A DNA stretch of 64,000 bases from Octopus sinensis (taxonomy: Eukaryota). A model generated the notes under the pieces. The model saw only the letters and a program-made list of their open reading frames with translations, ran no database searches and was not told where the DNA came from. The position numbers and the translations under genes are program-made. This document shows positions 36,346 to 50,069 of this stretch, one piece after another; positions within the stretch are counted from its first letter, which is position 1, and each line of letters opens with the position of its first letter. The DNA lies in NCBI RefSeq assembly GCF_006345805.1, contig NC_043005.1, forward strand, positions 41,044,001 through 41,108,000, given 5' to 3'.

Positions 36346-38214
36346 GACAACTCGGCACCGTCCATTGCAAGGGGAGCCTTTTGCTCATATATATAGCGTT
36401 ATACTAATACATCTGTTTGTTTTGTACACCACCTGTCTTCATCTTTTGTTTTTTCGTAAACTCTCCCTATATATATATATATGAAGTAACTTTACATCAA
36501 GAAGCAGAACTCAAGATTTTATATCATTAAATTTGAATGCTTTCTACACCACGTTAAATTATTTAAGTCTTTAGCATTTAAACTGGCCATATCACAGGAG
36601 TGGCTGTGTGGTTCCAGGTTCATTCCCACTGTGTGGCACCTTGGGCAAGTGTGTTCTACTATAGCCTCAGGCTGACCAAAGTCTTGTGAGTGTATTTGGT
36701 AGATGGAAAATGAAAGAAGCCTGTCGTATATATGTATATATATATGTATGTGTCTGTGTGTGTTTGTGTGTCTGTGTTTGTCCCCCCAACATCACTTGAC
36801 AACCGATGCTGGTGTGTTTGCGTCCCCGTAACTTAGCGGTTCGGCAAAAGAGACTGATAGAATAAGTACTAGGCTTACAAAGAATAAGTCCTGGGGTCAG
36901 TTTGCTCGGCTAAAGGTGATGCTCCCACATGGCCACAGTCAAATGACTGAAACAAGTGAAAGAGTAAAAGAGTATATCTGGCCAAAATATTCTCCCTGTC
37001 TTATATTCAAACTGGTGAGGTCAAACCTTTCACACCAACACTAACAATATTATTCTAAAAATTAGCAGTTACTTCATCAAAATTGCAAAGCTACAAAACA
37101 ATTAATCAAAAACAATATGAATAAATAAGCATTATTTTAAACTAAATTACGTGAATGCTAAATGGTTAATAAATACATCACTTAGTTTTTAATGTCCATT
37201 TCTTCTTAAATTTTATAATAGCCCAACTAACATTTTTTTACTACCAGACAGCATTGGAACAACTCTGAAAACAAATTTATATGAAAATTTTGGTGGAACT
37301 GTTGTCTTGATGCTCTTGTAATTCTAAACATACTGTGAAGAATTTTCTAGTATCATCATTGCTGTTATGGTACCTAAGACTTTTATCTAATTCCATAGGA
37401 CAAGAGGATTTAATCTCAGTTCCACGAAACACCAAAATACAATTTCTAGTGCATCCCTATTCTACACTATCTAGTAGTTCCCTCATTATTATCATAGACC
37501 CACACTGCCAAGTGACAATAATCCATAGCACAATGCATAGCTTTGACACTGATGGCAACAGAAGCTTATGTTTCACTTTCAAGCAGTGTTGTCTGTAGCC
37601 AGAAAAAAATCCATAAAGATAATCAAGAAAAAAAGATTATTAATAAGTTTTTATGGTTGTGGAATTTAATCAGATATGGATTCTTGAAGAGTCATATCCG
37701 AAATATATTAATATTAGCATGTTTGCATGTGCATAAAATTTCATATTTCAGAGAAATGTATCTCCTTTATAATTCCCAGTAGAGTAAATATGATCAAATC
37801 ATAGAAAAATTGCAGGAAGATTACAAGAGATCTCAACCTATTTATTTACTCTCACTTACCTCACAGCATGTTAGTTTTCTATAATTTATTTTATTTTTTT
37901 TTATCACAATAATGTTCAGAAATAAAGCTAAGGCTAATATTTAATTTAATTTCAATTTTTACTTTTTACATATTTCTTTAAAACATTACTTTTACGTCAG
38001 TAGTATACATTATCAAAATATATAACTTCTTGTATCAAGGGTCCTTTACTGAATTTTCTTAAGTGATTCTTTTTAACAAACACAAAATGATTGCATATCC
38101 TGTTACCAGAGATCTTTAAGCATGACTGACCCATCCACTTCCATAATCATCAATGTACACCAAATGCCAAAAGAAAGAAGATTTTCAAAGTTAGAAATAC
38201 TGGTTTATACAAAC

Positions 38215-38427
38215 TTTCTTCCAAGTATTGGGAACCCTGGCATTAAACATGTTGTCCAAAGCATCTTGTAGTTTCTCACTCATGATTATTGTTCCATCAA
38301 TGGCCAGTTTGAGGTCTTTTAACGTTACCCGGACTTCACCGATCACCTTCTGCATTCTGTCTATTTCTTGCCGTAAGAAGATGTTCAGAGGCTGAAGAAT
38401 ACCCATCTTACGTAAACGCTCCTTCAC
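38215..38427 (-). CDS. DNAH5: Axonemal dynein heavy chain exon
   Basis: tttag|GTG AAG GAG ... TGG AAG AAA|gtttgt, 213 nt, phase 0/0: [71 protein letters not shown]. The motifs [12 protein letters not shown] and [13 protein letters not shown] are characteristic of DNAH5/8. Confidence 0.96.
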
Positions 38428-39443
38428 CTAAAACAAGGATTGAAAAAAAAGAAAAACTAATCACAGTCCAATTGTGTAAGTTAGAGTTATTTTTAATGTC
38501 ACCACCACCACCGCCACCGCCACCCCCACCACTACCATCATCATCATCATTAGTGTTATGTCAACCACTATTACTGAAGCCCACCCCATCACTTGAGCTT
38601 ACCAAACCTAGTAATATGACATACCAAACTAAATCACCCCAAATAACATAACAAGTCAATTGCCATCTCAACTCTCATAGATAAGAATGGTGATGATGAT
38701 GATGAAATAGGTTTGAAGTCTTTCATTTCTTCAATAAAGAAATAAAAAGAAACCAAATTTTTCATACCAGCCAACCAGTCAGCCAGTCAGCTTGCCTGAA
38801 ACCACTTTGGTTCTGTCATATCAAAACATCCAGTTTTAAAAATTTTCATATTGAAATTAAAATTGTTTATTATCATTTAAATGGGAAACTCTTAATAAGT
38901 CACATTGCAAACACAAGATTACTAATGACAATGTTATTTTTGTTTTTGTACTAGATTCTTGCAAAATCCACATTATTTTTCAAATTAATTGAAACACACG
39001 AGTAATGTACTTCTGTAGAACACCAGTAATACACTAGTGAAAAACATTAACTACTGGTATGGAAACAATCTAATAAAGAGTGACAATGGTCAAATGGACA
39101 TAATATTGGTTTCTTGCTTGAAATTTCATGAGTTTATATTGTAAAATTCAGGCTGTTTAGTGTAGTAAGATGACACAAAGCACACTGTGGGATGAAATAG
39201 CTTTCAATATTAAATTTTGTCCATCCATTTTATAATTTCAAAACAGATACACTTGCTAAAATCAGTTTTATACTAGTGTTAATAGAATATTACTACAACA
39301 AAATCTCTTTACAACAGATTTATGGCCTTCTGCTGCTAATAAAACAAAACAGCATTTGCATTGTGCGGATTCTTTTATAAGTATGGAATTGAATAACTCT
39401 TTCTTACATTTACCTCACAGCAGAGATTGTTGATAGTGGCTGC

Positions 39444-39498
<55 letters not shown>

Positions 39499-39784
39499 CT
39501 TTTCTACTATTGGCACAAGGCCTGAAATTTTTGGGGAGGGGTGCAGTCGATTAGATCGACCCAGTATGCAACTGGTACTTAATTTATCGACCCCAAAAGG
39601 ATGAAAAACAAAGTCAACCTCGACAAAAGCTGAACTCAGAATGTAGCAGCAGACAGAATACTACTAAGCATTTTGCTTGGTGTGATAATGATTCTGCCAG
39701 CTCACCACCTTAATAATAATAATAACAATAATAATAATAATAATAATAATTATAATAATAATAATAATTATAATAATAATAATA

Positions 39785-40200
39785 TTTGATCCATCGTATC
39801 TGTTTGATTCCAGGATTGTAAAGAAAGGGGATGAAAAATTAAAAGTATACAATCCTTTAAAATTTGGAGTATGAAATCTGTAAAAGTTATGCCTGTAATA
39901 ATTGGTGCATTAGGAAATGTGAATAAAGATATAGACAATTGGTTTAAGAAGATTTGAATAGAATATCCCGTAGAGCTTCATCAGAAAGTTTGCCTCTTAG
40001 GGATAGGAAAGATTATCAGGAGGGTTTTAAGCACTTGAAAGACTATTGAAAGCTTGTAGATATCTAAGGTTACAGCTTGTAGATATCTAAGGTAGTAACC
40101 AGTTACCCACATAAATTCTATCAGGTATAAGAACCTGAGTTAAATCAATCATAATAATGAGAATAATAATTATGATGATGATGATGATGATGTTGATGAT
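39785..40200 (+). mobile_element. R4/Dong-like RLE LINE 3' end
   Basis: FDSRIVKKGDEKLKVYNPLK...KVMPVIIGALGNVNKDIDNWFKKI*IEYPVELHQKVCLLGIGKIIRRVL. It follows (AAT)n and ends in an AAT/GAT tail. Confidence 0.8.
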
Positions 40201-40224
40201 GATAGGAATAGAAGAGCGAAGGTA

Positions 40225-41335
40225 TGTTCTTAGAAAGCCCCATAAATGTAAAACCCCAAGACTAAATTGGACTCCTAATTTCTAGCTATATTGTTTGACA
40301 GAAGTGCATAAAAATCTTGTATCTATAACTGTGATCAATCAGAACCTGGAGCAAATACCTGCCTGGCTGACTGAAGAAACAACCTACCCACTACCAAAAT
40401 TCTTAACAATGTAATATACCATCTCTTTTGCATGGGCAATCTGAAGCTGTTTGCAAGGAATTACCAAAAACTAGAACTACAAACAGCTGTTAAAGAGTTT
40501 AGCAATGACATGGATTCTGGCCTTGATAAGTGTACTAAAGGAACTTTTGTATGAGGTAAGCTCAGACAAACAGGATCTATTAAATTAGATATTGACACTA
40601 CCATCAAGGAACTTGACCCACAAAACACTTATAAATATCCAAGGATATGACATAAGTCATGCCACTATAAAGGAAAAATAAGAAGGGCGTATTAGAGGAG
40701 AATATGACGTGTACTGAAGATTGAACTTAAAATCACATTGAAGTCATTAGTACCCGGGTACTTTCAGGAGTTCAGTTCAGTTTTAATATCATTACTGGAA
40801 TCCTATGGAACTCTAATGCATGGACAGGAAGGCAAGGAAATTATTGACATGCACCACCTTAATGCAGACATTGATCTTCTGTACCTACCTAGTAGCAGTG
40901 AGGGAAGAGCAGTGATGCAATTAGAACTCTACTATAAAACCTTCACTATAGGAATGAACAGGTACCTATCTAGTACAGAGGACTGAATGCTGTAGCTTGT
41001 ATGTGGACATGAACGCAGCAAAATGTTACATTCTATTGTGAAGGAAGCTTGTAAATTCACAAGGAAACTTAGCATTAACCCTGAATTAGATGAAAAACCT
41101 GAAACCACTTCTACCGTGTAAGCAAGATAAATCAAGCAGACTGTTAAAAACAATGTATAGAAACAAATATAGGAGTGGTGGAGCCAGAAGTCCCCACATG
41201 GATAATATATTCTTTGAGGTCAAAATGCTGATGTTGACCAGCCAACAGCCCATCAGTGGGTTGTATTTATTCATTTACTTGTATTTGCAAATGTACAATT
41301 GTCTTCTTATTTTGTCTGTTTATATCAAACCATCA
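40225..41335 (+). mobile_element. R4/Dong-like LINE RT fragment, internally deleted
   Basis: WLTEETTYPLPK, HLFCMGNLKLFA (decayed YMDDLKLYA), GLDKCTKG, TYKYPRI (YKYLGI) and MHHLNADIDLLYLPSSSEGRAVMQLE (MHHPKAD..RLYLPR..GGRG). Confidence 0.8.
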
Positions 41336-42066
41336 ATATACTCACATACAGTGGACGCTCTCATCAATAAAATAAAAGTAGAGTTACCTTCTTGAGTCAT
41401 GCTGACTCACAAGAGGTGGTTTCCCAATTTCATGGTGTATAAATTCCACACCTTGATGGGATGCTGGACCGTCACAGGATTACTCATTTTTGCCAACTGA
41501 GTGGACTGGAGCAATTTGAAATGAAGTGTTTTGCTCAAGTATACAACATGTTGCCTAGTCCAGGAATTGAAACCATAATCTTACAGTCATGAGTCGAACA
41601 CCCTGACCACTATACCACACATCTCTCATCAATACTAATGAAGTATGAACATCTTGTTTTTCTGTTGCCTGGGGGACCTGTTCATTGAATAAGCATGTGA
41701 AGTAGCACACTATTCCACAAACACATGTGGCCTTAATGTAATGCTATAATAAAATCAACAGAACATAGTGAGACAAAGTTAGACCTTTGAAGTGAAGGGG
41801 CAGGCCACAAATTTCTTAGTAGAGATCATTATGGTTCTGATGTTGCAGATGTGATCTGTTCATTAGGAGAGATCAGAACAGAAAACATGTCCATTTGATA
41901 TTGATTAGGCTCATAGAAATGTTAATTCCCTCCAACAGGTAAAAATGAACCACTGAGTTACAGTAAACCACTTTCTGAAGAGAGAATGTAAGAACCACAT
42001 TAATCTAGGTACATCCACAAACAGACAGACATATAACAATAGTGAATAATATCAAAAGCTTTTTAC

Positions 42067-42223
42067 CTCATGGGGCTTGTAATCATCTGGAAGCTTCTCA
42101 AGCATATCATTAGCAAGATTGTATACCACACTCTCTCGTGTTTCACCCCCACTACTGCCAGAATCTTTTGGCTGGATGTTCACAATAGTTGCTAACATTT
42201 CATTGGCTGTGTTCGTTTGATAC
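42067..42223 (-). CDS. DNAH5: Axonemal dynein heavy chain (DNAH5/DNAH8-like), internal exon, first one recognised in window
   Basis: Minus strand reads ctttcag|G TAT CAA ... CAT GAG|gtaaaa, 157 nt (1+52 codons): [52 protein letters not shown]. This matches my recalled DNAH5 C-terminal segment ([24 protein letters not shown]). Phase 0 end fits the next exon. Symbol from recall; vertebrate DNAH8 is a close paralog. Confidence 0.93.
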
Positions 42224-42490
42224 CTGAAAGGGAGAAGATGGTAATACTGATTATAATGATGATGGCTAAAGATTTCTTTAATTGTCTGTTAGAAGTAATA
42301 CAAAATAAGAGTTGAGACCAGACAAAATTAAAAGATACAATTGGTACAATATAATACAACAATAAATGTAATAGGCTCTATGCTAAATTGGATTTATATT
42401 TACAGTAAAATATTGACACACACACACACACACACAAACTCTCACACACACAAACTCTCACACACACACAAAAACACACACACACACAAA

Positions 42491-42557
<67 letters not shown>

Positions 42558-43639
42558 GTATGTAATATATGCATGTTTTCTCTTTTGCAGAATTGCAGAA
42601 TTCAAGCCAGTCACTAACAAAATGGCAAGGCTCTTTCTTTTTAAGATAGCTCTTGAAAGTTAGTGGTTATTGAAATTGGTTCATGTGTGTGTGTACATCT
42701 AGATAAACTTGCACTTGTATAGCGAGTGTATTCCATATGTATGAGTGATTGTTTACATGTTTCCAGTCCAGGAAATTTACTTATAAGGGTTGATAGGATA
42801 CTCTACAAATTTTCACTGTATCTATAATTGATTGTACAGTGGAACCTCACTTTACAAATTTAATTTGTTCCTGAAGGCTATTCATTACCTGAAGTGCTTG
42901 TAAACCCAAACTCTTTTTCCCATAGGAAATTCAAGAGAAAGCATGGCGAATTTGAGTAGGGATGTGCACTGAGCCAAAGCAAGAAAGAAACTGATTCTTT
43001 CTCTCTGATACTCCCAGTTTGTTGCCAGCCATTGCTGCTAGCTTGCATGTTCATTACTCAAGACACTGTTTCTCATCTGAGATATTTTATGTTCAAAAAC
43101 CTGTCTGTAAACTGATTTGTTTATGATGAGAGTCATTTGTAAACTGAAATTCCTCTGTATTTGGTGATGCCAATCACTTCGCTCTGTTCCTTTTTCTTTT
43201 TGAGAACCCCAGCATTTCTAGGTTTTTATGTAGATCTGTTATGCAATCCAATAAAAAAAAATAAAGGGGTAAAAACCTCCTTTGGTCATGAATGACCATG
43301 AAACTGCATCTAGAAAGTTACCCCTTGAGGTACAAGTTCGGGCAAGGTTGTTTATGGAAGACCAGCAATCGCTATGCATACCAGCCTCCCCTCTCCATGC
43401 CACTGATGTTATCCAAGGGAAAGGTAAAGGCTGATACAGCTTGGCACCAGTGGCATCACAACTCATTTCTGCAGCTGAGAGTGAACTGGAGCAACATGAA
43501 ATAAAGTGTCTTGCTTAATAACACAACACACAGCCTGGTCCAAGAATTGAACTATTTACCTCATAATTGTGAGCCTGACGCTCTAACTACTGAGCTGTGT
43601 GCCTTCACAATCTTGTGCTCCTATGATAATAGGTACAAA

Positions 43640-44560
43640 TGGAAATATATAAGAGCTGGTGCTTTCTCACAAACTCCTGTCCATAGATATTCCCCTTTCC
43701 CACCAATTTTTGATGAAACATCCATGTCCACAAGGCAACTGGCTTCTGAAACAGTGCATTACATTTTTTGTTTGTCTGGCCTATAGTGCTTACATTGGAT
43801 GCTGCTTTTATTGGAAAGTTCTACTAATATTCTATCTTGAAACATGTGAATACATTCTGGTCCTAGCATACCTTTGCTATGGTCATCGAGTAAATCCTTC
43901 CTGTGGGTAGCATGAGAATTTTAATGATAATGTCATATCTCATGGGAAGGTAGTGGCTTGTGGATAATTTCTAGATGGCTGCAGATGAGACAGGTAATAC
44001 CTTCAGTACAGGTATGACACAACCAACCTTTTTCTGATTCAGTGTGACAAGCCTAGAAGATCCTTATCTCTTGATCAGGTATTTAGTAGCTTTCTCTTGT
44101 TCTTGGATAGCAAAGACTTAGCTTTCAATGCAAGATGTGATGTATTTATTGCATGTCCAGAAGAGGATACTATTCCTGTTCAACATTGTTGGTATTCTTT
44201 AGTGCTGTAGCTCATCTAATCACATTACACCACAGTTGTGCTGTTTGTTTATGTTGTTTGGAAGAAGAACACCACTATGGTTGACTCCGAATGGACTGTG
44301 CCACAATATAAATGGACATACACAGAGAACAGCCTTCAGCAGAGTAAAGCCAAGAGTTGTGTATTGTTGAGGGTTATTACCACTATCTTGAGTAGAATGA
44401 CTTGTAAGGACATTATTATTATCTCATTATATCGTACGTGGAACATGATACAGCAGTTTACATTCCAGTTTCTTCCCCCAAATGACTATTTATTATCTTG
44501 GAGTAAGTGGAGCATTTACAACCTTGGTGGTGAGGCTTTTCATACTGTGATATAGATTGA
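43640..44560 (-). mobile_element. Decayed R4/Dong-like LINE fragment (post-RT region)
   Basis: Minus strand reads FAIQEQEKATKYLIKR at ~44064-44114 (compare AIQDQ...T.NY) and HSMKSLTTK at ~44530-44560. Confidence 0.5.
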
Positions 44561-44693
44561 ATGGTTAGATGAGTCCTTTCAACCCAGTGTCTTACAATTC
44601 ATTGCATTCTTTTGTCATATTTTTATAATATAATATAATATAAGATATAATATAATTTTATTTATTAATTTTATATATATATATTATATATAT

Positions 44694-44736
<43 letters not shown>

Positions 44737-44846
44737 ATATGTATATTATCTTAAACAAGAATATTATTGACATAACTTCAAAGTGTCTTACTATTCATTG
44801 CATTCTTTTGTCATATTTTTATAATATAATATAATATAAGATATAA

Positions 44847-44899
<53 letters not shown>

Positions 44900-45369
44900 G
44901 TACATTATTCTTAAACAAGAATATTATTGACATAACTTCAATGTTTTGGCCAGTAAAGCCAACATTGGATTGCTGCAACTTTGAAGTCACTGTCAACAGC
45001 ATTCTTGTAGAAGAATAATAAATTCGTACTCTACAGAAGTGTAGTGTAACTCATCAGATTAATGTAATATATATATATATATATATATGGTGCCAAGACA
45101 ATTCCTTAATGCTTAATTCATCACCAACCAATTCTTCATTTGTGTCCAACTCAGAATGTTACAAGGTTATTTCATTGTCATTCTGGTCTCAGTTTTTAAT
45201 GTTTAAATTTCAGTTCAAATAGTGAAATTAATTAAGATAATTAAACAGCTGCAATAGGTGTTGAATAGTTGCTTAGGTTGGTTCCTAGACAGTTTTGAGC
45301 TGGTTGTCTTTTAGATATAAAATGTGTTAATAAAAAATATAGATGTAACAAAGAGAATATCTTATACAT

Positions 45370-45408
<39 letters not shown>

Positions 45409-46444
45409 CAACAAAGTTGCAAAACGTTTACTTCCATTACAAAGAAAGTGATGTTCACACCTAAACTGCAAAAATATTCCTAGCTAGATGAGACAGGCAA
45501 AAAAAGATGATATGCAAATATATCAACAAGCACACTAGAAATGTGATAGACAATTATAATTTTGAACAAAAAATGAAATTTCTTTCAAACAATAGCTCAT
45601 GATATAAAGTTTTAATATCTTAACATTTTTGCTTAATAACTTAAATTTTTAGTTGCCATTTTTTTCTGTTCTTGATAAATTTTGAAATAAATAAATTTTA
45701 GTTTTAATTTTTTTCTATAACCATTTATTTTCCTTTATTCTATTTTCTACACATGTCGTTCTATGTAAATTTCTTTGTTTTTGATGTTTTCAGTAAAATC
45801 ATAAAAAAAACAGCAAATGAAAAATAAATTTTACATTGGTAAGGAGGTTGTTGTAATATTTTTACTGTTTTGTTTTCTTTTTGCTTCTCTCTACCAGTTT
45901 TTTTGTTAGTTATTTTACACAATAGCAACAAGAGGAGAATATTTCTATTTCTTGGTATCAGTTAAATGTCTAGTTTAAGCAACATTAAACTGGTGATGAA
46001 TTAACCCGACAACTGGATGCCGTGTGCATGTGTATGTGTGTATATGTTTGTGAGTGTGTTTGTGTGCAAATCTGTATGTATGTGTATGTATACCTGTATC
46101 TTGTTATTCTGCCTTTTTTTTTTACTTGTTTCAGTCATCAGACTGTGGTCATGCTGGGGCAAGTGTCTTTCTTCTACTATAGCCTTGGATCAACCAAAGC
46201 CTCGTGAGTGAATTTGGTAGATGGAAACTGAAAGAAGCGCATCATGTATATATGTGTGTGTATCTTTGTATCTGTGTTTGTCCCCGACAACCAGCATTAG
46301 TATGTTTACGTCCCTGTAACCTGGTGGTTCAGCAAAAACGATTAATAGAATAAGTACCAGATTTGTTTGACTAACACATGTCAAGTCAGTACCCCACCAT
46401 GGCCACAGTCAAATGACTGGAAATAGTAAAAGATAAAAGATAAT

Positions 46445-46600
46445 ATGTATTATATACATAGTTGAAATTTATAGAAAAACAAAAGATGAAGACAGGTGTA
46501 TGAACTACAAGCAAGCGTATTAGTCTAACACTTGAGAAAATGAAAAAGTTTTACGTTTCAAGCCTACGCTCTTCCTCAGAAAGGAATAAGAGAAAATAAA
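46445..46600. mobile_element. PLE-like terminal-repeat fragment; a partial inverted copy without the ribozyme lies at ~36385-36475
   Basis: The sequence aaacaaaagatgaagacaggtg...gtattagt.taac is shared with 36385-36475. This copy carries a hammerhead motif. Confidence 0.5.
46548..46584 (-). ncRNA. Minimal type I hammerhead motif, presumably intronic
   Basis: Minus strand: ccuuu CUGAGGA A GAGC guag GCUU GAAAC GUA aaac. Helix III is reduced to the palindrome ACGU, and helix I has only 3 bp (UUU/AAA). Confidence 0.55.
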
Positions 46601-47952
46601 CAGAGTGAGAATGGAAAATCTTGTAGATTTCAGTGGTCCAGCTACTAGCATAGCGGGAAAGGGGGGGGGGGTAGGAATGGTCCGCCAACTGCGGCACTTT
46701 TAAAGGGGTGGCACACTTGTGCCTGTGTAGGCAATATGTGTTTTTTATGGGGTCTTGAGGCAGCAAATGGAAGAGCTGCCCCAAGCAGCACACACTCTAG
46801 CTATGTTAGTGGGTCCAGAATATAGATAGATATGAAGGTGCATAGTCAAGTGGCTAGGGTGCTGCACTCATGATTGTGAGATTGTGGGTTCGATTCCCAG
46901 ACCAGGTGTTGCATGGTGTTCTTGAGCAAAGCACTTCATTTAATGTTGCTCTGCAATCATTTCTGAATTTGACATGTGGCACATGGTGCACCTGTACAGG
47001 CAATGTCGATTTGATGGAGGGAGTGAGCTTATGTGTACACAGACATTCGATCACTACAAACAAATCATTTTTATAGTTGTTTGGCAAGTAATTGCCAAAC
47101 CCTCATATGTCATCTAATGACAGGAGAGTCTAGGATATATATATAGATATAGACACACACACACTGTTGTCCTTCAATTTACATATAGCTTCTGCAAATC
47201 ACCATGAAATTTGAAGCTTTGTAAAACAAAAAAAAAAACATCTTTAATAGTATTATTCATAAAATAAATTCAATTTATTTACTGAAATTATCAAATGATT
47301 TATATATTTGCATGTGTATATTCATGTATATGTGTGTGGATGCAAAATATATGTGTGTATCTGAATTCTGTCATAATATTAGTTTTATCTTCTAACCAGC
47401 AGACATAACTTTCTCTATGGTTTCCATAGAATTACTCTGAAAGCTGTCTGTGCAATACCATGGGCTCTGATTTATTTCTTTAGTTTCTTTACACATTCTG
47501 TCTTTTACTTCTTCATATTAAAATGTTTTACAGTTTCTTTTGAACCTTTTCTATTTTTGAGTTGATACAGTGACCATAATTTTCGTTTTTAGTAAAATTA
47601 ACTTGCGTAATGTTTGGAACTGTTTTACTCAGTTTCAAAAATATTAAACAAAATTTTAAAAGAAAATATATATTCTAACTTATGTGCTCATTATCATAAA
47701 AAAAAAAGTAGAATGAAAATAAAACGAATGGGAAATGTGAAACCAAAACAAAAATAACAAAGTAGTGTAAAAAGGAAAAGAAAATTGATCAAAACCAAAA
47801 TGATATAAAAAGTGAAATCGGGGAAATTGAGTTTCATGTAAACTGAAGGAAAACTGTGTGTGTGTGTGTCTGTGTGTCACTTCAACAAATTCCATCCCTC
47901 CCATGCCAGTGTGGAAAAATGGATGTTAAAAATCTTTCTATCTATCTGTCTG

Positions 47953-48043
<91 letters not shown>

Positions 48044-48339
48044 GTTTGTCTGTCTGTCCGCCTCTCTGCTTGTCTGCCTGCCTGTCTGTCTGTCTATACA
48101 TATGTATGTATTAGCCTCAAACCACTCGATAGGGCGGCTTTTAAGTTAGCTCCTGTGGAAGGCTCTTCAAACTTTACTTTATTTAGAATTGTTCAGTGAA
48201 TGTTATAACTGGAAAATAATTTTCAAATTTTATGTGGAAAATAATTCTGTTTCTAGAGCTGTTAGGCATTAGAAATAGAATATTAACAGAAAAACTGAAC
48301 ATAAGATATCACTCTGATAATTCCAATATAAATTATTAC

Positions 48340-48830
48340 TGGCAACACTGACTACCATGTGAAATTTCTTATTTACTCCATGACTGAAATTGTTGCTAAC
48401 AATGGCCATCACATAAGAAACATTTATTGCAAACAAACTATCACATATTGTCTAATTGCTGCAAATACAATCACAAATGAACTAATTAGAATTTGCTGTC
48501 AACATATGCCATCACATTAGAAATATTTATTGCTAACTTATACTATCACATATTGATTCATGGTTGCAAATTCAGGCAATCCCCTCTATACTAATTGTTG
48601 CTAACACAGTCACGTGTGAACTAATTACTGTCAACACAAACTATTATATGTGTATTGACTATTGCTAACATAAACTATCATGTATGGATTAACTGTTGCT
48701 AATACAAATCATCGCTTATGGACTAATAATTGTTAAAACAGGTATGGACTAACTGTTGCTAGTAGAGACCATTATCAATAAATTAATTATTGCTAACCCA
48801 ATCATCATTGAGGAACTAACTGTTGCATCA
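48340..48830. repeat. Degenerate ~30-37-bp minisatellite
   Basis: About 14 diverged units of the form ctaa(c/t)tgttgctaaca...a(c/t)catcaca... No open frame. Confidence 0.65.
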
Positions 48831-50025
48831 CCTGTCTCTTATCTTTTATTGGGTTCAGTCATTAAACTGTGGCTGTGCTGGGACATTGCCTTGAAGAACT
48901 TTTAGTTGTATGAATCAACCTCAGTATTTATAATTTTTTCATGCCAGGTACTTATTTTATCAGTCTCTTTTTATTGAACAACTCAGTGATGGGGGCATAA
49001 ACAAACTAACACTGGTTGTCAAAATGATGGTGGGAGACACACACACACACACACACACACACAAGACTGGCCTCTTTCAGTTTCCATCAACCAAATCTAC
49101 TTGGAAGGCCTGAGGCTATAGTAGAAGACACTTGCCCAAGGTGCCACACAGTGGGACTGAACCTGGAACCACGTGGTTGGGAAACAAGCTTCTTACTATA
49201 CAGCCATGCCTGTGCCTATGCTGATTTCTGCCAGTACTCTTTACTCATTTATTCTTTTACTTGTTTCAGTCATGTGACTGTGGCCATGCTGGAGCACTGC
49301 CTTTAGTCGAGCAAATCGACCCCAGGACTTGTTCTTTGTAAGCCTAGTACTTATTCTATCGGTCTCTGTTGCTGAACCGCTAAGTTACGGGGACATAAAC
49401 ACACCGGCATCGGTTGTTAAGTGATTTTTGGGGGGGCAAGCACAGACACACAAACATACACACACATCCACCCACACCCACCTACCCACACACCCTCACA
49501 CACACAGACACACACACACATATATACATATATATGACGGGCTTCTGTCAGTTTCCGGCTTTGGTCGGCCCGAGGCTATTGTAGAAGACACTTGCCCAAG
49601 GTGCCACGCAGTGGACTGAACCAGGAACCATGTGGTTGGTAAGCAAGCTACTTACCACACAGCACTCCTATGCCTACGTGGAGTATATTTTCCAAATAGA
49701 ATAAATAACGAACAACTAATTGCAAAACTGAAGAGTTTCTTAGCTGGTAGCAATTTACATTCAAAAGTGGATGTTTTCAAAAGAACTAATATAGCACTGG
49801 TCAGTCTTCTAAATTACAAAAGTCAAGTTACAGAGGCTTAAGCTGGAGGAACTTTGCAAAAGACATACATTTTATAAAGTGATGATGATCTAGTCAGATG
49901 TAATATAAGTTTTAATGAAGCAAATAAGTTTCATGTAGACAGGAATCATTAGTGAAAGTGTATTAGGATAAATCTCTTATCTTTTGGACTTATCATTATG
50001 GAAATTGAAGAGGATGTTGTGTATA

Positions 50026-50069
<44 letters not shown>

